From Octopus vulgaris (Eukaryota), in NCBI GenBank assembly GCA_951406725.2, contig OX597822.1, positions 41,540,001 through 41,604,000 on the forward strand: DNA of 64,000 bases, in the 5' to 3' direction. Position 1 is the first letter of the stretch. The number at the start of each line of letters is the position of its first letter. The notes under the pieces were generated by a model. The model searched no databases, was not told the origin of the DNA, and saw only the letters and a program-made list of their open reading frames with translations. This document shows positions 38,196 to 52,710 of the stretch, piece by piece. The translations under genes were made by a program, and so were the position numbers.

Positions 38196-40136
38196 TGTGT
38201 GTATGTGTGTGTGTGTGTGTGCGCGTGTGTTTGTGTGTGTATATGTGTGCGTATGTATAAATACATACATACATACATACTTACATACGTACGGCCAATA
38301 ATGTCCTAACGTCCGTAATTATAGTTTCCTCAATGTAAAAGCTTTTGTAGACCGGTGTGGTAGGTTTCAGATAACTATTTGTTGCTGATGATGTCTAATA
38401 ACATCGAAACATGCTTTAAGTTATTATTATTCCTACCAATAAAGTTGAAATGTTCCTCTAAGCAAACTATTTCTTGTGTAATCAATATTTAACTTCTATT
38501 ATCCCCAGACCCTTTTCTTTGAGTTACTGACATTTATCCCCGGATTTTTGTCTTCTTTCTCCAACAACAAAACGCATTTAAATTCATTGGGAATGAGAAC
38601 ATTCACTGCTACTACCTGATTTAGCTAAATTTAGGCCTTTGAAAATATTAAATGCTAAGTGAGTGAATATTTCACGTGTGTTTCTGGTTGGTTTAAAGGT
38701 CTAAGCACGGCCTATCCGAGCGAAACTAACCAGAATCTAAATATATCCTATCTGAAACCTTGAACAAAGAGGATATATTTTATCCACATTATATGATGTT
38801 CATACATCGGAGCGACGATGACCATCTTGTCATCCTGAAGAATGACTAATGACGTGCGCGGTGACTTTTTTTATAGAGAACAAAATCTGCGCACGGTTAA
38901 GCTCACTCTCTCGTTCGCGGCCATTTTCAATCCAGAGGCAAGATCATGTCAAGACGGCTGGGGACGGAGACGAAAGCACTGAATGACCAAGATGTCTTAC
39001 ATTTGCCTCATCTTGCTTTCTTCGCTCCGCAACGCGTTGCTGCAGCCGCCAACCTCTCCGTTGAACCATAGAAGTTTTTTTTCCTCGGAGTCCGCCGGAT
39101 CCAGTCTTCACATGCATAGATAACCAATATGCCAATTAACCCACAGCTGGGACCCTATCAATTGTTACTACTCCAAGTCAAAGTAGTCCTGAAAACAATA
39201 GTGGCTAAGAGCTAGTTCCACTCTCAGTTTATAGATACAAAATTAGCTCTGACTCCAACTGAATAGGTAACCTTTTCTCTACAGCAATGCACTAGTAAAG
39301 AATATGAAGATGATAAACAAAGGAAAGACCATTGAAATAATTTTCATAAATCTGAACTCTCTCTTAACGAAAGCAATCAGAACTGAGCTATTTGATGGCC
39401 TCAGCTTCCCCGCGTATACTTCAATATGCTCAAATTTTGTTAAAATTCACTAAATGTGCACGGAATTTTCAAACTCATACTTGATTGGTACTCCATATTG
39501 TACAGTGATGTAGCGACTCGTCATATGCTCCAGCAATTGCGAGAAAACCATTTCCCGTTGAACAGCGGGACTCGTCTGAATCGTCTTCTGTACTTGGTAG
39601 AATAACTGAAATACAATAAGTTATTGCCTGAGATTAGTTGTTCCTCGCCACATAAACGCTTCTAATTAGTCTTCTATTGCTCATTACATTAAATAAGTTA
39701 ACAGTAACTTAACTATTGTTATAATGCAGATAGCGTCTCTGAGTGATAGATTCTCTGTAATTTATAACTTAGCTAATCAAATAGTTCACCATTCAAAATG
39801 CGAGCGTATGTACCACAGATATTGGATCATTTATGGTAGATACTATTGAAGATTCCAACAAAAGGAGAATGGTAATCTCTTTGCTTGTTCGACGTGTTAG
39901 TGTATTCGTGTGTGTGTGTGTGTGTGACTGTGTGTGTGTGTGTGTGCGTGTGTCTGTGTGTGTGTGTATGGTGGGGTGCTTGCGTGAGTGTGTAAGGGTT
40001 TCTATAAATAAATGGAAAATAATAGGAGTGTATACATAAGACTGGTGCTTATGAATATATATTTGCAGTTATTTATATACATCTACGTATTTTCCCATGC
40101 AGACTTATTTGCTTTGCATACATGCGCACACACATG

Positions 40137-40208
<72 letters not shown>

Positions 40209-40389
40209 TACATCTATAAACATACATACAAACACACGCATACACGCACACAAAGTGCGCGTGCGCGCATATATATATATATATAATCCTATTCGTTTGT
40301 TCCTTTTTGTTTGATTGTATGAGAGAGGGGGGAAAGAGAGAAAGAAACAAAGAAATGAAAAAAGAAAGAACGAAGGAAGGAAAGAAAGC

Positions 40390-40422
<33 letters not shown>

Positions 40423-41072
40423 GGATTCTCTGTAGTCAAAGTTACTTTAGTTTTTAATCCAACTGGAGCTAAATTAAAACTCTCGCCATATTTGATGAGT
40501 TTCGGACGCCATCATGGGATTTCAAAGTCTCAGTAATCACAACTGCTCGCCATTGCGATATTATCGATAGCGAAGTTTTATGTGAATTATGCTTTATTCC
40601 CATCGGCATTTTCAGATTAACGACTGGATCGCTCTTAAAAACCTTTATCAACACGTTTGTTCTCTGTTTGTAGACAGAGCAATGATGTCTTGTGGGACTG
40701 TCCGATACGACAAAGCTCCGTAATTATTTAACGAGTAAATGTGGCCATACTTACTGTAGGTTACGCTAACGACTCATCTGATAGAAATCTAAAATAGACA
40801 TAAAGGCCGGCCATTCCTACTTAGAATCTGTTGAATGGCTGCACGCACACACATTTGTGTGTACGTGTAAGTGCGTGCGTACGTTTGTGTGTGTGTGTAT
40901 GTGTGTGTACGTGCGTGCGTGCGTGTGCACACGCGTGCACGTAAACGGAATAAGTATTTTTAATGTTTCTGCTTTTTTAAATACTTCGCTACACTATGCA
41001 CACACACACACACACACACACACAGATACACACACACACACGTATATACATACATTTATATATATATATATT

Positions 41073-41138
<66 letters not shown>

Positions 41139-41166
41139 GGTGTGTGTGTGTATATGTGTGTGTATA

Positions 41167-41206
<40 letters not shown>

Positions 41207-41221
41207 TGACAAACAGATAGG

Positions 41222-41289
<68 letters not shown>

Positions 41290-41729
41290 AACGCACATTT
41301 ATTTTAAAGAACGGGGGAAATAGTACTCAATACCATAGTAGAGTGTAAACAGAATATATTTAGATTGATCAAGAGTAACAGAACACTGAATCTGCCTAAA
41401 TAAAATATAAACCTACGTCCGAGCGCGCACTCAGACATACAGATATACACACACGTATATGTGTGTAGTTTGTATATTCTTCTAGACATAACAGCCGAGA
41501 AAATGGTAGACTACAGTTGTCATGTGTGGCAGAGTGTATATATGAGTGTATCCATGTGTGTGAATATATTATATTTTTACTTTACTAGAAACTTCGATAG
41601 ACTGGCAGTAAATTTATGTTGTTTCTTTATGTCAAGTTATAATGAGAACAGTTTTATATTAAACTGAAGGATAACTCAATATTTTTTGCCGAGTATATAT
41701 TTATTATTGTTTAACATGGATGCTGGTGA

Positions 41730-41810
41730 CAGTAACTTCAAAGTTTCGGCCTGCATAGCCTTCATCGAAATTCGATGAAAGCTAAGGAGGCTGAAATTTC
41801 GAATTTACTG
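41730..41810. repeat. 81-bp imperfect palindrome made of hammerhead-like halves
   Basis: 40-bp arms, 33/40 matching by hand. Each arm reads TTC-GATGA-A-(G/A)GCTA..AGGC(C/T)-GAAA outward. Confidence 0.7.
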
Positions 41811-41834
41811 CCGAAACAAGTCTTGTTAAAGAAT

Positions 41835-41835
<1 letters not shown>

Positions 41836-41924
<89 letters not shown>

Positions 41925-42076
41925 CATACATACATACATACATACATACATACAGACATACATACATACACACATACATACATACATACAAACATACACA
42001 CACACATACATACAAACATACATACATACATACACACACACATACATACAAACACATACATATATACATACATACA

Positions 42077-42109
<33 letters not shown>

Positions 42110-42191
42110 CATACATACATACATACATACATACATACATACATACATACATACATACATACATACATACATACATACATACATACATACA

Positions 42192-42222
<31 letters not shown>
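41836..42222. repeat. (TAGA)n + (TACA)n microsatellite
   Basis: Direct inspection. Confidence 0.9.
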
Positions 42223-42223
<1 letters not shown>

Positions 42224-42259
42224 CGCATAAAATCACTACAACCAAAGGATATATATATG

Positions 42260-43760
42260 TTAGACCTGTCATAGTATATTCTAGTCATCGCTTAAGCAAT
42301 TTTGTTGACATCTTTTTGAAACCACTGTGTATCCACATACAGATGTTTATCAGGGATGAAACTGATTTTCTGTTTCATCTATCCAAAATAACAAAATCGA
42401 ACTTGTTGTTGGCTACCTTTGATCAAGTAAACCTCTGCACAGATATTCCACACGATTAAGGAATAACTGCAATTCAATAGTTGGTTGGAAAACTTAGAGA
42501 ATTCCCAGTAGATGATTTACCAGCGACTTTACATCAGATGCTGTCAGCCTTATCCTTGAGAATAACACATTCTTTTTCGTTGAGAAAATTTATTTTCAAA
42601 TTAGAAGCACGGCGATGGGAGCCAAGTTTTGTCTAGTTTATGCAAGCTCAGTAACGAAAAACGTAGAACAAAAACTAAAGTGTAGCGCAAAATCCTTGGC
42701 ACTGATTTTCGAATATATATAAAGGTGCATGGAAAAGATATCGTTATTGTTTTCTAATCTGAAGAAAATCTGTAGATATTTTAGGAGAATTTATCGTAAC
42801 TTCTGAACAATCTACGTTCAACTCTGACATTGACAAAGGAGATGAGCAATACAAATTTTCCATTTCTAGATATAATGGTAGTTTAAATCAAAATCAACAT
42901 CACAGCCGATATATATATATATGATAAAGACACGGTTACACGTCAGTATCTTAACTTCAATCCTGCCATCCAGCACATACAAAACATTGCGGCCCATATT
43001 GCGTAACCAGGAAAATGTGTACCGTTCTTGGTGATAAAGTAACCAGATAAAAACGACATACAGCACTCAATGCATTTATACTTACAGAAAACAGTATACA
43101 ATGTTCAAAAAGAAATACCTAAAGAACAACTTAGAGCAGCCCAAGAAAGAGGAGCTCGAGCCCAAAGTATCAAACCTTACATAGCGATACAATCCTATAT
43201 GCCATAGAATATTTTTGTCATGGCCAAAGCAAACTGGCCTCTCGTCAGACAAAGTAGTGAATTAAAACATCTAACTGCTGATCGAAAACTGGTTAAACAG
43301 TAAAAAGAAAGCTAAAAACTTGAAATAATTGTTTACAAAGGAAAAATTCTGATAAAACGTTCGCAGTATCTTATACCGATCAGTATATCAATGGGAAAAC
43401 CGGATGAACAATATTTCAATATCCTGTTTGAATTGTGAAAACAAAATTCTGAACTACTACATCAAATGTCCAAATTGCGAAGAACTATATATATTGTCCG
43501 GACAGAAAACCCATTATCGGAACGTACCGGAGTACACAAGCAACAAATAAGAAACTTCAATGCCCGCCACCAGCAACAAATTAGAAACCCAATGTCTGTC
43601 AGAGCCCATTAGAAACATGCGGTAATAAAATGAATTTTATCTATTTATTTTTTTTTATATATATTTCCAATTAACAAAATTTATAACTCAAATGAAGTTA
43701 GAGGAAGAGTAAAAGATAGGAATTTTATAGGGAAGTTCAAACACGCTCTGAATGGAAAAT
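42260..43760 (+). mobile_element. Highly decayed Penelope-like element
   Basis: Remnants (G)TAMGAK at about 42610, WKRY, FPFLDI at about 42855, SCHPAH.K at about 42960, and YYIKCPNCEELY..GQ..LSERTGVHKQQI (GIY-YIG) at about 43455-43550. Confidence 0.75.
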
Positions 43761-44239
43761 AATACAAAACAAATAAGGGAATTTCACTAACAGACCATAT
43801 CTGAGATATAAAATCAAAAGGTATTGGTATTAGAATGCAATGGAGTATCATTACACCAGATCCCGCATACACGGGAAATAAAAAAAGATAGTAAACTTCG
43901 AACAGTAGATCATAAAATACTTTTAGGAGATAAAAAAAAAAATTACTTAATCGTAGACACGAATCCGTGATTTATTGTAAACATAAATGTCTCAAATGTT
44001 AGCGTTTTATCGTAATAACTTCAGATAAATGAACAGTCAAAAGCCAATTAACTCAGCGGAAATATCTACGAAACAAAAGCTTATACAATATCAACACTTC
44101 AATTACCGCAATATACATAACTAGATATTGGGATTTCACCCGTTAGAGCGGAGCATACGGGATATTAACACCAAAAACAAAAACAAAATACACGGAAATG
44201 TGAAAATATATACGTGGATATATGTATCAAAGAGGATCT

Positions 44240-44306
<67 letters not shown>

Positions 44307-44446
44307 TGGTGTGAGTGTGTATATGTGGGGGTGTATGTGTGTGTATTATCTAATGAGTTTCTGAGATATATGTAAGTGGGTACATATATGTATGTGTGTA
44401 TGAATGTATTTGTATTTGTGTTGGGGTTTTTTTATAGATAGATAGG

Positions 44447-44586
<140 letters not shown>

Positions 44587-45316
44587 CTGATTGATAGATT
44601 TGTGTACAGTTAGGTAATTGTATAAGTATACATGTAAGATTATGTAGGTGGATGTTTGTCTCTATATGGGTGTGAAAATTTGCATGCATATATATTTGTA
44701 TATATCAAAGGCGGGTGTAGCGCGTCATTGGGAATATATCATCTACATATGTATATGGCTGTGTAAGCACCTCTGTGTCTCGCTTCCTATTTATAATTGA
44801 TTGTTTCCTCAGTGTGTAAGCGTATGTGTCTATCTATTAAACTGTAAGCATATATATATGTGTGTGTAAATATGCGTGCGTGTGTGTGTGAGTTTGTGTG
44901 GATTCCCATCACCACATATATATGATACAGTTGTAAGTAAGAACTCATATAAAGAGACTGTTTGTATTCACATATGTGTGTATATCCCGAAGTCCAATGA
45001 GTAAAACATATAAAAGAATATACATATATATGTACAGACACGTATATGGATACTTACGCTTATATGTGTGTATATATGTATGTCTAGATATGTAAATGTG
45101 CGCATAGGTGTATGTCTCTGTATGTACGTGCAATTGTATGTATATGTATATATGTAAATATATATAATCTTGGGAAAAAAAGCGACCACAAGCTAGTGGC
45201 AATAGTTAAAAATTCCAGCATAGCGCCATTTGTCTTTCATTAATTTAACTTTGTTCTCAGCTCATACAACAATAATGATGATGATGATGATGATGATGAA
45301 AATAATAATAATGATG

Positions 45317-45404
<88 letters not shown>

Positions 45405-45799
45405 TAATATTCATAGTTATTATAATTGCTGTTTTATCTATTTAGTATTATGTCTCTATTTTTAATTAGTAATATGTTGCATTATTTATAATCTAAAACC
45501 ATTTAGATTATAAAAACAGCATCAAATCCACCCGCTCAACTACCAAGGGTATTGTGATAAATCCTTTGATACTGCATCATGAATGATTATATAAAAATAG
45601 ATTTCATAGATTAGCATAAAGTTACGTATTTTCAGTAGGAATGGATTACATAGGACGCCCCAATATATTGCTGGTAGTTATTTCTTCCACCATGGAACAC
45701 TAAAGGACAAAAGCCAAGTGTCTAGAATATTTGGCCAATTTTCACGCTAATTCAATGAGTGGGTCGTTCAGGAAAGATGCCATCTTTTTTCTCAGAGCT

Positions 45800-46200
45800 G
45801 GGGAGAAGTTCAGCTCACTGAAACTTTCCAAACTGGCAATCTGGGAATAGATCTTGTGGAATTGTTAAAGTTCCTAGATCACATCGTACAACACTCCGCT
45901 CAGACATAGTGATTTTCTTAAATTTCGCCAAACAGGGGATCATCTGAAAATTGACTGTACCCTGGGAAGAACACATGGAGGAGGTTTGATAAGAAGAAGC
46001 GTGTCAAATACCAGGAATTGGCAGGGTAGAGCAAAAGCCAGGCTGACAGGTACTCAGCGGGGCAACAGACGTAGGCCGCTGGTCTTTTGTGGGGCGTTCA
46101 TTCTGAAAAATCCTGACAGGGCTTGAAGCTACTGGATCAACTGGGCGAGGGGGTCTGATATTGAAAGATCTGAAACTCCCTGAGACTCATCACTGAATCG
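45800..46200 (+). mobile_element. 3' fragment of a restriction-like-endonuclease LINE (HERO/NeSL-like)
   Basis: LKF.DHIV..TLRSDIVIF...QGII*KLTVPWEEHMEE...KKRVKYQEL, matching the PD..ELTVPWE..K..KY pattern. Confidence 0.7.
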
Positions 46201-46365
46201 TGAAACGCTTTTTGGAACGATAGATAGCTAGCTAGCTAGATAGATAGATAGATAAATAGATACATACATACATACATACATACATACATACATACATACA
46301 TACATACATACATACATACATACATACATAGGTAGAGAGATGTACATACATACAGACATAAATGC

Positions 46366-46396
<31 letters not shown>

Positions 46397-46429
46397 CATA
46401 TATATATATATATATACATATATATTTTT

Positions 46430-46653
46430 TTATTGCCCACAGAGGGCTAAACATAGAGAGGACAAACAAGAACAGACAAAGGGATGAGGTCGATTACATC
46501 GACCTCAGTGCGTAACTGGTACTTATTTAATCGACCCAGAAAGGATGAAGGGCAAAGTCGAGCTAGGCGGAATTTGAACTCGGAACGTAACGGCAGACGA
46601 AATACCGCTAAGCGTTTCGCCCGGCGTGCTAACGTTTCTGCCAGCTCGCCGCC
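46430..46653 (-). mobile_element. SINE family A
   Basis: Reverse-complement match to 1102-1330. Confidence 0.85.
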
Positions 46654-46738
46654 CATACATACATATATATATATATGTGTGTACCGTTGGCGATTTTTTT
46701 CCTCCGTTTTCCCTTCTCTGGATCTTTCCTTTTCCTAT

Positions 46739-46773
46739 GTTTCTGACGAAGAGCTCCGCTCGAAACGTTAAAC
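46739..46773 (+). ncRNA. Minimal type I hammerhead ribozyme candidate
   Basis: GTTT-CTGACGA-A-GAGC(tcc)GCTC-GAAAC-GTT-AAAC. Stem I 4 bp, stem II 4 bp, stem III palindrome ACGT, GUU triplet. Inside a ~200-bp repeat at 46680-46878 bounded by TA-rich tracts. Confidence 0.75.
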
Positions 46774-46872
46774 CCTCCTTCTTCCCTTCCTTCCGGAGCG
46801 TCCAATAATACTATATTTGTTCCACGTCCTCGCATTGTTGTGTATTCTCTTTGTGTTTTCACGTTTGGATTA

Positions 46873-47002
<130 letters not shown>

Positions 47003-47890
47003 CACGTATATATGTTTATGTTTATATATACATATATATACATATATATTTATTTATACACACACACTAGTATTGAGTTCATTCTTCTAAATCTATGCTT
47101 ATTCATTTCAGCAAACATTTTTATGTACACATCTCAGAACTGCAACGTCAGCCTGCAGTAAAGCATATACGCTGCGAGAAAATCCAGTCCCTCTCTTACT
47201 GCATATAAATAACTACATAGATATATAACTAAAAGGAGACTTGCGTGTAAGAGCATGTTTCTCTTTGAGTACATTTTCTCATCAATTATTAAACTACGTA
47301 TATCCGTCGACATGTCTTTGTGTGTGCGACTATGTGTGTATATCCATATATACTTCTATGTATAAATGCGTACATGTGACAAGATGAACATCGGGAATTG
47401 CAAGCATGTACTAAATTACACATTTGTATGTATATGCATATGTATGAGTTGTTTATATGAACTTTTCGATATATCAATGGAAGACAACCTATCAAATACA
47501 GATTACATTGATATCCATTCTACTTCCCGTTTCTGTCAACTGACAGCCTTTCTTTGATGGGAAAACACGATACCATGAATGAAGCAACACGAGTTGTTCT
47601 GGCGAAGCACAAACTGTTTCAAGTATAAAACCAAGTGACTGCCTACAAGCAATCGCCATCGATACATTTTTCCATATTTTCCAACCTACTTTGTATTGGG
47701 TACTTTAAACTTTATTTAAACTAACCGATATACTCTGTTCGTGTTTTTGTGCATGTGTTCGCGACTATAGGTATGTGTGCGTGTGTGCGTGTGTGTGTGC
47801 GTGTGTGTGTGTGTGCGTGCGTGCGTGCATGTGTGTTGTGTGTGTGTCTGTGTGTGTCTCTCTGTGTGTATATATATATATATATATTAA

Positions 47891-48255
47891 GGCGGCGAGC
47901 TGGCAGAATCGTCAGCGCGCCGAGCGAAATGCTTAGCGGTATTTCATCTGCCGCTACGTTCTGAGTTCAAATTCCGCTGAGGACGACTTTGCCTTTCATC
48001 CTTTCGGGGTCGATTAAATAAGTACTAGTTACGCACTGGGGTCGATATAATCGACTTAATCCGTTTGTCTGTCCTTGTTTGTCCTCTCTGTGTTTAGCCC
48101 TTTGTGGGTAGTAAATAAATAGGTATTTCCTCTGCCGCTACGTTCTGAGTTCAAATTCCACCTGGATCGACATTGTTTTTCATCCTTTCGGGGTCGATAA
48201 ATTAAGTACCAATTACGCACTGGGGTCGATATAAATGACTTAATCCGTTTGTCTA
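47891..48255 (+). mobile_element. SINE family A with partial tandem duplication
   Basis: The body repeats from about 48122. Confidence 0.85.
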
Positions 48256-48357
48256 TATAACGGGAAAGTTTACGAAAATAAACAAAAGACGAAGGCAGGT
48301 GGAGTACAAACAAACAAATGTATTAGTATAGCGCTCAGGAATAGAAATAGAAAAAGT

Positions 48358-48393
48358 CTTTTACGTTTCGAGCCTACGCTCTTCGACAGAAAG
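48358..48393 (-). ncRNA. Hammerhead-like motif, variant core CUGUCGA
   Basis: CTTT-CTGTCGA-A-GAGC(gtag)GCTC-GAAAC-GTA-AAAG within the repeat at 48258-48452. Confidence 0.55.
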
Positions 48394-48466
48394 ATACACA
48401 GAAAAAAACAAGGAGAGAAAAAAATGCGTGTAGGAGCTAACGATCTATCATCTGTATATATATATT

Positions 48467-48557
<91 letters not shown>

Positions 48558-48560
48558 CTA

Positions 48561-48648
<88 letters not shown>

Positions 48649-48741
48649 TATGGAAAATTCACAAAAAAAAACGAAAGACGAAGACAGGTGGAGTAGCAAA
48701 CAAACAGATGTATTAGTATAACGCTCGGGAATTGAAAAAGC

Positions 48742-48777
48742 CCTTAACGTTTCGAGCCTACGCTCTTCCATAGAAAG
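48742..48777 (-). ncRNA. Hammerhead-like motif, variant core CUAUGGA
   Basis: CTTT-CTATGGA-A-GAGC(gtag)GCTC-GAAAC-GTT-AAGG within the repeat at 48645-48848. Confidence 0.45.
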
Positions 48778-48847
48778 GAACATAGAAAGAAACAAGGAGA
48801 GAAAATAAAGAATGTGTAGTGGCTAGCGATCTATCATGGCGAATACC

Positions 48848-48879
<32 letters not shown>

Positions 48880-49097
48880 TGTATGTATGTATGTATGTAT
48901 GTATGTATGTATGTATGTATAGATATCCACGCACGCACTAACTCACATGTGTACGTAACAAAAACACAAGTGCTTGAATCGTGAGCATATATCACTTGCT
49001 TATTGTTTATTGTGTAAATATTAGATTCATAAACGAGTGGAAAATGTATTCCTGAAAACAAAAATAGATCCGTTAATATATGTACGTGAGTGTATAC

Positions 49098-49140
<43 letters not shown>

Positions 49141-50445
49141 TGTGTGTATATATGCATGTGTATACATATATATATAGGTATGTGTGTACGCCTGTATGTA
49201 CGCTACAGTTATGTTTATGTATATATATAAGTATATATAAACATGCATGTATATCCATATATATATATATATATATACACACACGCACACTCATTATACA
49301 TATATGAATGTATATGTGTATATGTTTGTATACATATGTATGTGTATACGTGTACAAGTGAGCTGTCTGTATGCATGAGTACATGCGCTGTGAATGTTTG
49401 TGTGCGCATATATAGCGTGTGCGCGTGTGTGCGTGCGTGCGTCCGTGCGTACATGCGTGTGTGGAGGTATGTGTGTATGTTCGTGTATGTGTGTGTGCAC
49501 AAGTGTGTGTATGCTCGCGCGTGTAATACAAGGCAAACGCGATAAATAAACTATGATTTTATTTTTATCTTAAAATGGACGAAATCTATTATTCAAAATG
49601 ACGTCGTTCTTTCCCCGCCTCGCCATCGACTTCTATTTGTACAAACATTGTAACAACAAACCCCGTTGGTGTTTCTATTTTATGGCAGAGTAATCAAAGA
49701 GTTTCGCTGAGAACCGCCTCTTATTTCTTGACTTCAGTTCTCTTCCATATCGACAGAGTAAATATCAAGAAAACCTCACAAAACGTAAATAACAATAACA
49801 TAGTCACAATAAGCTTTCTAAATGGATTGTAATATCTTACATGTCGGCCATTTTCTGTGTTTGGCTTCTCATGAGGAATATTTTCGAGTAAGACAAGCTT
49901 AGACTAGTCTCATGGGATACAACAAAAGATGAAGGATTTGCTAATTCTTTAAATGTTTTTACTTGTGTTTTGCTGTGTTTATTTTGCTTTGTTTTTTCTT
50001 ACATTTTATTTTTTGCGTATGTTTTTGTTGTATTTGTTGATGTTGTTTTTGCATAAGTGACAGTTTTAAATTACGATGTTATTGTGAAGGCTTCTCTCCC
50101 TCCTGTTTGCTATGGAATAAAGTTGTTTTGGAAATGTGCTTTACATACTGATACATACGCATTCATACATACATATATACGCAGACACAAAGAACGTACA
50201 CACATACATATGCACACATAAACATATTCTCTCTTTGTCTCTCTCTCCCCACTCATACGCGCACACACACGCCCACTCACACACACAAACACATAGACAC
50301 TCACATAAACATACATACCGTCACACATACACATTCATGAACAGGGCGCTTCGGAAGACGAGTGAATGATAATAGGTTAGGCAATTTGACGTAAAGCGTT
50401 CAGAGTAACACACTCCATATATATAAGTATATGTATATATATATG

Positions 50446-50595
<150 letters not shown>

Positions 50596-50628
50596 CATAT
50601 ATATATATATATATCTATATATATAATA

Positions 50629-51030
50629 GGCGCAGACGTGGCTGCATGGTAAGAAGCTTGCTTCCCAACCACATGGTTCCGGGCTGAATTCCACTGTGTG
50701 GCACCTTGGGCAAGTGTCTTCTGCTATAGTCTAGAGTCAACCAAATGTCTTGCGAGTGGATTTGGTAGGCGGAAACTGAAATAAGACAGTCGGATGTGTG
50801 TGTCTGTGTGTATGTGTGTGTATTTGTATGATTCCGCTAGTCCCCCGCCATCTCCTGACAACAGATATTGGTGTGTTTACGTCCTCGTACCGAGCGTTTC
50901 GGCAAAAGAAGTCCGATAGAATAAGTACTAAGCTTACAAAGAATAAGTCCTGGGGTCGATTTGTTCGACTGAAGGCGGTGCTCCAGCATGGCAGCAGTCA
51001 AATGACTGAAACAAATAAAAGAATAAAAGA
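50629..51030 (+). mobile_element. SINE family B
   Basis: Full head-to-tail match to 3664-4130. Confidence 0.85.
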
Positions 51031-51039
51031 ATATATGAT

Positions 51040-51191
51040 ATGTACATTATTTATATTATTTACATTTGACGGATATTTGTCCTCATCTTGTTTGTTGTAA
51101 ACACAAAGTTTCAGCTGATATACCCTCCAGCCTTCATCAGTGTCATGGGAAAATTTCGAAGCTGGGTTTCCTTTCCTAGGGTATTTTTCGA

Positions 51192-51251
<60 letters not shown>

Positions 51252-51303
51252 CCATCAAATGTAAATAATGTGCATAATTTCTCATCTCTTAAATATAGAA
51301 CTG
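51040..51303 (-). mobile_element. Hammerhead-bearing repeat with inverted termini (homolog of 29415-29745, lacking the tRNA part)
   Basis: Minus strand reads GACA-CTGATGA-A-GGCTG(gagggtatat)CAGCT-GAAAC-TTT-GTGT at 51101-51144. Internal (TTA)n. Confidence 0.7.
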
Positions 51304-51316
51304 AAAAGAATATATA

Positions 51317-51353
<37 letters not shown>

Positions 51354-51379
51354 AAATATTTCATTTATGTCTTACGTAT

Positions 51380-51440
51380 TTATCGCTGACGAGGAGAAAA
51401 TTCTTATGAATTAACTCCGAAATTGGGACCAATACGGTAA
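51380..51440 (+). ncRNA. Type I hammerhead ribozyme, apparently intact
   Basis: TTATCG-CTGACGA-GGAG(aaaattcttatgaattaa)CTCC-GAA-ATTGG(ga)CCAAT-A-CGGTAA. Stem I 6 bp (one G.U), stem II 4 bp plus inner hairpin, stem III 5 bp with 2-nt loop, AUA triplet, predicted cut after 51434. Host repeat about 51348-51664 lies between (TA)n tracts. Confidence 0.82.
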
Positions 51441-51699
51441 TAACGGATTTTTTTAGAATTTTCTGTCGGCTTGTTTCGAGACGCATATTAATAGTGATAA
51501 ATTATATTGGTTATTGACAATTTGTCTGTTTTCGGCATATTTGGCATCATAATTTTTTTTTTTCTCTTGTTTTATAAGTTATTTATAATTTTAACCTTTA
51601 AAGACATCTTTTAATATGCTGGCCATTGATAAAAGTTATTTAGAAAAATTTTATCCTATATAAGATATATATATATATATATATATAGGAAGAAAAAAA

Positions 51700-52198
51700 T
51701 CAAAGGTCCTTAGGGCCGGTTTTCCGGATTCTCTGACGTATATATATTCCCCTATCCCCGGAAGGACGCCAGTCAGGACGTCGGTCAGAACGCTGGACAA
51801 GACGCCGGTCAGGACGCCGCTCAGTCTCTGGATTGCTTGTTTTTGCCAGCTGAGTAGGTTGGAGGAATGTGAAATAGTGTTTTGCTCTACAACCTAATGC
51901 ATCACTAGATCCAGGAGATGAGAACCAAATCTTTACTACCCACAAGGGGCTAAGCATAGAGGGGACAAACAAGGACAGACGAACGGATTAAGTCGATTAT
52001 ATCGACCCCAGTGCGTAACTGGTACTTATTTAATCGACCCCGAAAGGATGAAAGGTAAAGTCGACCCCGGCGGAATTTGAATTCAGAACGTAGCGGCAGG
52101 CGAAATACCACAAAGTATTTCGGCCGGCGTGCTAACGTTTCTGCCAGCTCGCCGCCTTCAAAGTGTAATACCCTAACCACTAAGCCACGCACCTCTAC
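51700..52198 (-). mobile_element. tRNA-SINE interrupted by a nested SINE family A copy (51935-52156)
   Basis: Head GTAGAGGTGCGTGGCTTAGTGGTTAGGG at 52198-52170, remainder at 51935-51700. 12-bp tandem (GGACGCCGGTCA)x5 at about 51763-51823. Confidence 0.7.
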
Positions 52199-52202
52199 GA
52201 TA

Positions 52203-52236
<34 letters not shown>

Positions 52237-52254
52237 TGTGCGTGCGTGCGTGTG

Positions 52255-52318
<64 letters not shown>

Positions 52319-52365
52319 TGTCTAGACACACAACTACACACAAACACACACATACATATGTGTAC

Positions 52366-52601
52366 ATATATAATATGAAGAAACGTGAAACTAGGTAATA
52401 TAATCCATAAAGATGACTCCGATTTCAGATGAATTTAAAGAACATGTATATACCTGATACATTAAAAATATATAAATTCAAAGACAATTTTTTAAAATTT
52501 ATAAATAAACAAATATATTAAAAATATATATGTAAGATAATAGATTTTTTTTTTAAATCTGGATTAAATTACCTGGTCTTACGTTTCTTCACAACATATA
52601 T
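52366..52601. mobile_element. MITE with ~40-bp TIRs
   Basis: TGAAGAAACGTGAAACTAGGTAATATAATCCA versus TGGATTAAATTACCTGGTCTTACGTTTCTTCA. AT-rich core, TA flanks. Confidence 0.7.
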
Positions 52602-52710
52602 TTTTATCTTTTGTCTCAAGTTCCTCTTGAGCATTTCTTAGAGCAAACGTTATCTTTGTGAGAGAATTTCTGATTACTCATATTCTTTCTCAAAACAATT
52701 ATATATATAT

